Assembly: GCA_034521515.1 (NCBI GenBank)
Contig: JAXHMH010000002.1
Span: 437,761 to 501,760, forward strand
From: Candidatus Saccharimonadota bacterium
Lineage (GTDB): Bacteria; Patescibacteriota; Saccharimonadia; Saccharimonadales; JAXHMH01
Reading direction: 5' to 3'
DNA: 64,000 nt
A program made the position numbers and the translations under genes. Below the pieces are notes generated by a model that was given only the letters and a program-made list of their open reading frames with translations, ran no database searches and was not told where the DNA came from. This document shows positions 58,450 to 64,000 of this stretch, piece by piece (position 1 is the first letter of the stretch; every line of letters begins with the position of its first letter).

Positions 58450-58917
58450 ATGAAACGCTATTATAAATGGTTTATTATTGTTGGAGCTATACTTTTAGCG
58501 TGTCTGTTGGCTTTTGCTCTAGACGATGTTGTGCGCACTCTAAATGATGAAATGCGAATCGTTCGCGGACAATTAGAAGGTGCGTCGTTTGATTTGCTGG
58601 TGGCAGATACAAACGAGTTAAGACTCCAAGGTTTGGGTGGCAGGCCGCAACTTGAACCGGGTGAAGGTATGTTATTTGTGTTTGATAAGCCTGATTTTGA
58701 GTGCTTTTGGATGAAGGATGTAGATTACGCAATTGATATATTGTGGTTCGATGCCGATAAGCGTTTAGTGCACGTAGAGGACTCGGTTGCTCCAGATACG
58801 TATCCGGCCTCATTTTGCCCTTCAGAGCCCGCACAATACGCTGTAGAGCTGCTTGAAGGCCAAGCTGAGGCACTGGGCGTCTCTGGCGAAACGGTGCTTG
58901 ATGTACCCAATCTTTAG
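58450..58917 (+). CDS. DUF192-family protein (COG1430) with N-terminal signal/TM
   Basis: GMLFVFDKP...FWMKDVDYAIDILWFD matches the DUF192 core. Confidence 0.6.
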   Translation: MKRYYKWFIIVGAILLACLLAFALDDVVRTLNDEMRIVRGQLEGASFDLLVADTNELRLQGLGGRPQLEPGEGMLFVFDKPDFECFWMKDVDYAIDILWFDADKRLVHVEDSVAPDTYPASFCPSEPAQYAVELLEGQAEALGVSGETVLDVPNL

Positions 58918-58940
58918 CAGTTTGATATGATAGGCAGGTA

Positions 58941-59423
58941 ATGTCAGCTTATATATTGCTTATAGCCATGCTTGTTGCGCCGCTTCTGCTGGGGGTATTT
59001 TCCCGCGTAGCGACGCCTCACCTGTTTTTATCGCTGCTAGCGGGCGAGTTATTAGAACGCTATTTTAAAGAAGACGCCGAGCTCGCACTTAGTACGGTAG
59101 TTCGCAACGAAAGCGTTTTGCAATGGCTCGGCTTCGCTATCTTGGTCATACCTATGGTGCTGACTGCAATCTTTTTGCGCCGGACGATCGGTAAAAACAA
59201 GACGCTACTACACATGCTGCCGCTAGTTATTACGGGCGTGGTGTTCGCGGCCTTTGCTTTACCGCTATTACCCGAGTCGGTTCAAGCTCAAGTTACTTCA
59301 ACTCATTATGGCAACATGTTAAACGATAGTATTAACTTCATTGTCGGTGTAATGATATTTCTGCAGTTGGTTGCACTATGGTTGTTTAACCGTGGCTCAG
59401 ATAAACACGGCAAGAAGAAGTAG
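58941..59423 (+). CDS. Hypothetical membrane protein (4 TM)
   Basis: 160-aa ORF co-directional with the rimK cluster. Confidence 0.45.
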   Translation: MSAYILLIAMLVAPLLLGVFSRVATPHLFLSLLAGELLERYFKEDAELALSTVVRNESVLQWLGFAILVIPMVLTAIFLRRTIGKNKTLLHMLPLVITGVVFAAFALPLLPESVQAQVTSTHYGNMLNDSINFIVGVMIFLQLVALWLFNRGSDKHGKKK

Positions 59424-59462
59424 CTCAGTAGACTGGTCTAAGCTAACAGTTTATTCCTGGCC

Positions 59463-60065
59463 TTAAAGTACGTCTTTTTCCTTTAAATAAAGTACCAGCT
59501 GCTGATACGAGTCAAATAAAATAGGAGTGTAGCCGCAGACATTGGCTGTACTCAAGCTTTTTTCTGAATCATCAATAAATATCAGCTCTTTTAACTCGAC
59601 CCCCAGATCTTTAGCAAAAATATTAAACGCTTCTGGTTCGGGTTTCACAAAACCTGTTTCGGCGGATATGTGAAAAACATCAAAGTGCTTATCAAGACCT
59701 TTTTGCCGCATCATGTCGGCTTTTTCTTGAGAATTATTACTAAGTAGACCTACTTTGTAGCCTTTAGTGCGGAGTTGGTCTGCTAGCTTTAGGACATGAT
59801 AATTTGGATTATAATCCCCAAAGTCCAAACTTAGCTTCATAACGGCATCAACCTTATCAAGTTTGTTTAAATCGGCGAGAATCAACGGCCACAACTCTTC
59901 ACGCGTAATATCTCCGCGATTGAATTTTTTATTATGGGTGTAGTATGCCTCCAGATAGCTGTCGGCGCTAATACCCAACAGCCTAGAAATTTCTTGACCT
60001 AAATGTTTACCCGGCTTTCCGTTTAATACTCCACCCCAATCAAATCCGATAGCTTTGTAGATCAT
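59463..60065 (-). CDS. HAD-superfamily hydrolase (subfamily IA-like)
   Basis: Motif I is IGFDWGGVL, and the motif IV acidic pair is FIDDSEKS. Confidence 0.7.
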   Translation of the reverse strand: MIYKAIGFDWGGVLNGKPGKHLGQEISRLLGISADSYLEAYYTHNKKFNRGDITREELWPLILADLNKLDKVDAVMKLSLDFGDYNPNYHVLKLADQLRTKGYKVGLLSNNSQEKADMMRQKGLDKHFDVFHISAETGFVKPEPEAFNIFAKDLGVELKELIFIDDSEKSLSTANVCGYTPILFDSYQQLVLYLKEKDVL

Positions 60066-60179
60066 GCAATGACTATAACAAACTGCTGGGCTTGAAATCT
60101 CAGAATGAGATTCTCAAAGTAATGATTCACTGGGACAGCGCTTCCCCTCAGTTCGTTCGGTCGCTTCTCCGCACAATAA

Positions 60180-60416
60180 CTAAATCAAACGCTTATTGCG
60201 AAAAGCTTGCCCTGATTCGGTTTTCAGATATTTTTCAAATTCCAAAGCCTTTGACTTTGCCACAAAAGAACAATAATAAATTAGCTCGACCGGTCTTTTA
60301 CCTTTCGTGGCAAGAACGTCACCCTTAGAGTGTTTGCTTACACGTTTTTGTAAGTCATTTGTTGAGCCCGTATATATAGAGCCATCACCGAGCTTTAATA
60401 GATATACATAATACAT
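60180..60416 (-). CDS. GIY-YIG nuclease-domain protein (stand-alone, 78 aa)
   Basis: YYVYLLKLGDGSIYTGSTNDLQKRVSKH matches the GIY-YIG motif. Confidence 0.7.
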   Translation of the reverse strand: MYYVYLLKLGDGSIYTGSTNDLQKRVSKHSKGDVLATKGKRPVELIYYCSFVAKSKALEFEKYLKTESGQAFRNKRLI

Positions 60417-60701
60417 AGATTAATTTTAGCCCCACTACGTTAAAGCTACGAGGGGCACACATCGCAAATAAAAAGTGTGACAGACCAACTTGGCCTGCCA
60501 CACGAAGCTTTATGCGAAGTGTGGAGGGCCATCCTGCCTGTCTGTTAGACAGAACGGGCAGGCTGGGACAGCGGACTTCGTCCTCTTCCGCTCGCTCGCC
60601 AGAGAAAATGCCTACGACGCTTTCTCTGGGCTTCACTCGCTGCACCGAACCCACTTTTGCTTTTGGGCAAAAGACCTGGGTTCTCGTGCCCGGAGGGCAT
60701 C
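60417..60701. other. GC-rich highly structured intergenic block (candidate ncRNA, family unassigned)
   Basis: Multiple perfect local hairpins: CCTGCCTGTCTGTTAGACAGAACGGGCAGG, CCAGAGAAA-n13-TTTCTCTGG and CTTTTGC-n6-GCAAAAG. GC content is clearly above that of the flanking genes. The overlapping ORFs look spurious. Confidence 0.35.
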
Positions 60702-60742
60702 AAAGAAAAAACCCCACCACTAAAGGGTAGGGTCTTTTCTTT
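60702..60742 (-). terminator. Imperfect long hairpin directly abutting the tRNA-Lys 3' end
   Basis: The sequence is AAAGAAAAGACCCTACCC...GGTGGGGTTTTTTCTTTG on the minus strand, with a U-tract after the stem. Confidence 0.55.
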
Positions 60743-60818
60743 GGAGGGCCCACTGGGACTCGAACCCAGGACACCCTGCTTAAAAGGCAGGTGCTCTAAC
60801 CGGCTGAGCTATGGGCCC
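60742..60818 (-). tRNA. tRNA-Lys (UUU)
   Basis: Manual cloverleaf: acceptor GGGCCCA/UGGGCCC, anticodon loop CU-UUU-AA, T-loop UUCGAGU, and CCA encoded. Confidence 0.85.
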
Positions 60819-61130
60819 CCAGATCTTTGCACCGTGTTGTCACTGCTTCTGGCAAAGCCAGAACTCCGCCGACACTCTTGGCGAACTGCTGTGTTGCCTG
60901 GCTTGTGGTGCGTCCTCAACGTAGCTAAACTACGTCTCCGGTCGCTCCTCACCGGCGCCGTGCACTTCATACAAGTGCAAAAATCTGGAGGTCCGTGATT
61001 TAACCCTAACAGGGAAATAACTTCTAACATTATGCTGATTTTACATAAAAAGTCAATCTGATGTGCATCTGTTAGCGGTACAATCCCGTGTTACAATAAC
61101 AGATGAAAATGAGTTAGCAGAGGAGTAATT

Positions 61131-61862
61131 GTGTCTGGACATAGTAAATGGTCAACCATCAAACGGCAAAAAGGTGCAAATGATGCTAAGCGTGGCGCCA
61201 TTTTTACCAAGCTAGGAAACGCCATTGCCGTAGCCGCAAAAAGTGGTACTGATCCGGATATGAACTTTGCTTTGCGCCTGGCGATAGACCGCGCCAAGGC
61301 GGCCAATATGCCTTCAGTAAACATACAGCGCTCTATTGACCGTGGCTCTGGAAAACTCGGTGGCGAACAAATCCAAGAAGTTTTATACGAAGGGTACGGT
61401 CCAGGTGGCGTGGCGGTGCTTGTAGAAGCGGCGACGGATAACTTAAACCGGACTTATCCGGAGGTTCGATTAGCGTTTTCTAAACACGGCGGTAATATTG
61501 CAGAAAAAGGCGCCGTAGCCTTTCAGTTCGAACAAAAAGGGATGATTCGTGTCAAAGGAACGGGCGATGACCTCATGATGAAGTTGTTAGAGGCAGGAGC
61601 TGAAGACGTGCAGGAAGAGGATAACGAATCGATTGTTTATACTGCCCCAAAAGAGTTTGCAAAAGTTCGTGACACACTCAAAGATGTCGGGCTAGAGGTC
61701 ACTGAGGCGGAGTTAACTTTTGTCCCAAACAATACGGTAGAGGTTACAGATGAGTCTACGGCTGGTAAAATCATGCGCATGATGAACGCGCTAGAGGAGC
61801 TTGATGACGTTACGACGACGCATACAAACTTTGATATAGCGGAGGAACTTCTTGCGAACTGA
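61131..61862 (+). CDS. yebC: YebC/PmpR-family transcriptional regulatory protein
   Basis: MSGHSKWSTIKRQKGANDAKRG is the canonical N-terminus. The protein is 243 aa. Confidence 0.9.
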   Translation: MSGHSKWSTIKRQKGANDAKRGAIFTKLGNAIAVAAKSGTDPDMNFALRLAIDRAKAANMPSVNIQRSIDRGSGKLGGEQIQEVLYEGYGPGGVAVLVEAATDNLNRTYPEVRLAFSKHGGNIAEKGAVAFQFEQKGMIRVKGTGDDLMMKLLEAGAEDVQEEDNESIVYTAPKEFAKVRDTLKDVGLEVTEAELTFVPNNTVEVTDESTAGKIMRMMNALEELDDVTTTHTNFDIAEELLAN

Positions 61863-62343
61863 TCGTATCTTGGGTATTGATCCCGGCACCGGCATACTCG
61901 GTTTCGGGCTTATTGATATAGACAGTCGAGGTAAGGCAAGTTTGGTTGACGCCGGCGTCATAAGAACTAAACCCAATCAGCCTGATAGTGAGCGATTGCT
62001 AATTATTTATGATGAATTATCAGAAATCATAGCTCAGACTAATCCTACATGCATGGCGGTAGAGAAGCTCTTTTTTGCACAAAATGTGACTACGGCAATG
62101 ACGGTGGCTCAGGCTAGGGGAGTTGTACTTTTAGCGGGTGAAAAAAGTGAACTTCCTCTGAGTGAGTACACTCCCCTGCAAATCAAACAGGCGCTAACAG
62201 GATACGGCCGCGCTGATAAGAAACAAATCCAAGAAATGGTGCGCGTACTTCTCAGCCTAAAAGATGTACCAAAGCCTGATGACTGTGCTGATGCATTGGC
62301 TACCGCCCTTTGCCACACCATGCACCGCAAACTAAACCTATAA
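61852..62343 (+). CDS. ruvC: Holliday junction resolvase RuvC
   Basis: ILGIDPGTGILGFGLI, with the catalytic acidic residues. It overlaps yebC by 11 nt. Confidence 0.85.
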   Translation: MRTDRILGIDPGTGILGFGLIDIDSRGKASLVDAGVIRTKPNQPDSERLLIIYDELSEIIAQTNPTCMAVEKLFFAQNVTTAMTVAQARGVVLLAGEKSELPLSEYTPLQIKQALTGYGRADKKQIQEMVRVLLSLKDVPKPDDCADALATALCHTMHRKLNL

Positions 62344-62360
62344 GACCACATTTCCTCGGT

Positions 62361-62381
62361 TTCCAAGACCAGGTCTTGGAA
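62361..62381. repeat. REP-like palindrome TTCCAAGACCAGGTCTTGGAA (left flank of RAYT)
   Basis: Identical core to the copies at 51110 and 63063. Confidence 0.75.
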
Positions 62382-62422
62382 TAGCAGGAATTATGGTATA
62401 CATACAAAAATAAATCATAGGT

Positions 62423-63040
62423 TTAGCTTGCTAGCGAGTGCTCGATCTCCGTTAACATATCCTTGTGTTCCTTATAGTCTTCAACAAATTTCAGATAATC
62501 GTGAGCATCCGTAAACAGTTCCAAAATTCGGGTTGGCTGTATCCACTCGACAGACTTATACCCAAGATAGTGGGGAAGACTTGAATACGGCCACTCTTTG
62601 TAAGCAACCGGATTGAGGTGTATATAACGAGAAATATGGTGTAAATACTCATCAGAAGTGATCATACTGGCCTTAAACCTATCTTGAAAAAGAGGACCGA
62701 CACGTTTATGTTTTTTATTAAAATACGAGGTGTAGCTACCACAAACATTTTTTATCAGATTTTTCAGGGCATTCTCCTCTAGCTGGTAAACAAGCAGGTG
62801 GAAATGGTTTGGCATAAGGCAAAAAGCCAATAGTTCAATATCGTTATAAAGCCACGGATATTGTCGACCCTTTGTATCTTTTGCTGGTTCCCTCGAAAGA
62901 TAACGTTTGAGTAGATTTAAAAAAACTGAGTAGTCTTCGTCGTCTAAAAATATCTTCCGCTTATCAACCCCTCTGTTATAAACATGGTAATGCGTATTTT
63001 CTATGTAGATTTTTCGAGAATTCCGGCTAGCCATTAACAC
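62423..63040 (-). CDS. REP-associated tyrosine transposase (RAYT; IS200/IS605-like HUH Y1 transposase)
   Basis: The HUH motif is MPNHFHLLV, the N-terminal motif is THYHVYNRG, and a Tyr-containing C-terminal helix is present (SDEYLHHISRYIHLNP). The gene is flanked by identical palindromes. Confidence 0.75.
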   Translation of the reverse strand: MLMASRNSRKIYIENTHYHVYNRGVDKRKIFLDDEDYSVFLNLLKRYLSREPAKDTKGRQYPWLYNDIELLAFCLMPNHFHLLVYQLEENALKNLIKNVCGSYTSYFNKKHKRVGPLFQDRFKASMITSDEYLHHISRYIHLNPVAYKEWPYSSLPHYLGYKSVEWIQPTRILELFTDAHDYLKFVEDYKEHKDMLTEIEHSLAS

Positions 63041-63056
63041 AATTATACAATAAAAA

Positions 63057-63089
63057 CCCCAATTCCAAGACCAGGTCTTGGAATTGGGG
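63057..63089. repeat. REP-like palindrome CCCCAATTCCAAGAC-CAG-GTCTTGGAATTGGGG (right flank of RAYT)
   Basis: Perfect 15-bp stem with a 3-nt loop. Confidence 0.75.
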
Positions 63090-63110
63090 AAAAGATGAGA
63101 TAATGAAATT

Positions 63111-63692
63111 ATGATTGCGACACTTAGAGGAAAGATTACAGAAAAATTTTCGGATAAAATAGTAATAGACGTTTCTGGTGTAGGCTATGGGGTTCTGGTT
63201 GCGCTAGAAGATTACGCTAAGCTTAACAAGGGTGACGAGATAAAGGTTTATATTTATGAGCATATTCGTGAAGCCGCTCATGATTTGTTCGGTTTTACAA
63301 GTATGGACACCATGCGGCTGTTTGAGCAGCTTTTGGGTGTGAACGGTGTAGGCCCCAAAATGGCTCTAGGAATTATGGGCATTGGCTCGGCTGATGACGT
63401 TAGGCAAGCAATTGCTGCTGGAGATACTAAGTTTATTACAACGGCACAAGGGGTAGGTAAGCGAGTTGCAGAACGGATTGTAATTGAGTTAAAAAACAAG
63501 GTTGGTCTACTTAGTACGGCTAATGAAGACAGTTTGTTTATCGGCACGGCAACAGCGGAACAGGACGAGGCGGTGCAAGCCTTAATGGCACTTGGCTACG
63601 ACGTGCAGGACGCAGTCGCTGCGCTTAAAGGAGTTGACAGTTCCCTGCCGACCGAAGACAAGGTTAAACAGGCATTGAAAGGTCAAAAATGA
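63111..63692 (+). CDS. ruvA: Holliday junction branch-migration protein RuvA
   Basis: MIATLRGKI...[10 protein letters not shown], with the HhH domain ([10 protein letters not shown]). Confidence 0.85.
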   Translation: MIATLRGKITEKFSDKIVIDVSGVGYGVLVALEDYAKLNKGDEIKVYIYEHIREAAHDLFGFTSMDTMRLFEQLLGVNGVGPKMALGIMGIGSADDVRQAIAAGDTKFITTAQGVGKRVAERIVIELKNKVGLLSTANEDSLFIGTATAEQDEAVQALMALGYDVQDAVAALKGVDSSLPTEDKVKQALKGQK

Positions 63693-64000
63693 TCGAGAGA
63701 ATTACCAATACTACGGCGGATACAAGTGATGCAGAGCAGCAGGAGCTAGAGAATAATCTGAGGCCGCGAGACTTTGCTAGTTACGTAGGTCAAGAAAGAC
63801 TTAAGCAAAATCTACAGCTGGCAATTGATGCTGCTAAAAAGCGCAGCGAACCGCTCGATCACGTGTTGCTTTATGGCCCGCCAGGCCTTGGTAAAACGAC
63901 TATGGCAACAGTGATCGCTAACGAGATGGGGGCTAATTTACGGGTGACTAGCGGTCCGGCAATTGAGCGGGCAGGCGATCTGGCGAGCTTGCTGACCAAT
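63689..64000 (+). CDS. ruvB: Holliday junction helicase RuvB (5' fragment, runs off the window)
   Basis: The ATG overlaps the ruvA stop (ATGA). The translation ...[17 protein letters not shown] is Walker A. Confidence 0.85.
   Translation, partial: MIERITNTTADTSDAEQQELENNLRPRDFASYVGQERLKQNLQLAIDAAKKRSEPLDHVLLYGPPGLGKTTMATVIANEMGANLRVTSGPAIERAGDLASLLTN

Larger units (their letters stand above)
62344..63090. mobile_element. REPtron-like unit: RAYT gene bracketed by REP palindromes, inserted between ruvC and ruvA
   Basis: Flank copies lie at 62361..62381 and 63057..63089, the latter with a perfect 15-bp stem. The unit interrupts the otherwise contiguous yebC-ruvC-ruvA-ruvB cluster. Confidence 0.65.

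Noticed and set aside
60417-60701. RNase P RNA, SRP RNA or tmRNA assignment for the structured block; the same question for 4432-4945 and 10047-10200
   Set aside because: I looked for GGAAAGUCCGG / ACAGAACCCGGCUUA (RNase P), GGAAGCAGC (SRP domain IV) and GGUUCGA...CCACCA (tmRNA). I found only partial matches split across opposite strands, so the family is left open.
60385-61030. Five mutually overlapping ORFs of 72-113 codons around tRNA-Lys
   Set aside because: They overlap a tRNA gene and each other in a GC-rich structured region. None has a plausible SD or start.

Overview
The window reads as one contiguous chromosomal segment from a small-genome bacterium using the standard genetic code; UGA terminates genes here (ruvA, for example). 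The traits suggest an Actinobacteria-like or Saccharibacteria/CPR-like lineage. These traits are a WhiB-like protein, an ECF sigma factor, an RRM RNA-binding protein and tRNAs with encoded CCA. No database search was possible, so this placement is an inference.

Most of the window is housekeeping. Recognisable blocks are CIRCE-hrcA-grpE-dnaK-(two micro-genes)-dnaJ, tilS-ftsH, murJ-lepA-gmk, yebC-ruvC-[insertion]-ruvA-ruvB(partial) and tsaC-mazG-nudix. Others are a Mur ligase, dus, an ABC-2 exporter, mscS, a small K+ channel, LOG-family genes, dacA, a class-C-like serine hydrolase, proline iminopeptidase, AlkA-like glycosylase, a RimK cluster, RRM protein and ECF sigma factor.

Four RNA genes are present. 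Three are CAU-anticodon tRNAs: a probable Ile2/Met elongator, an elongator Met and an initiator. The fourth is tRNA-Lys(UUU).

The accessory content, most interesting first:
- A roughly 5.4 kb putative integrated island lies immediately 3' of tRNA-fMet. It carries a large serine recombinase whose ORF reads through the tRNA 3' half, a set of unknown cargo genes, and a 24-bp tandem repeat encoding a (GPGGGLST)n protein.
- A REP-associated tyrosine transposase (RAYT, HUH/Y1 type) sits between ruvC and ruvA, flanked on both sides by the same palindromic REP-like hairpin. A third solo copy of that hairpin lies upstream of hrcA.
- A copper-efflux module pairs an ArsR-type repressor fused to a YHS/TRASH domain with a CopB-type P1B ATPase. 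A perfect 34-bp palindromic operator sits upstream.
- A Crp/Fnr-family regulator gene lies about 0.6 kb from two tandem perfect TGTGA-N6-TCACA boxes. A separate 20-32 bp palindrome, TATGATTTAAATCATA, recurs at two unrelated promoters.
- A 58-codon AbrB/MazE-like ORF is missed by the 60-codon cutoff of the ORF track.
- Three GC-rich intergenic blocks show strong hairpin potential and internal repeats. They are candidate ncRNAs whose family I could not identify.
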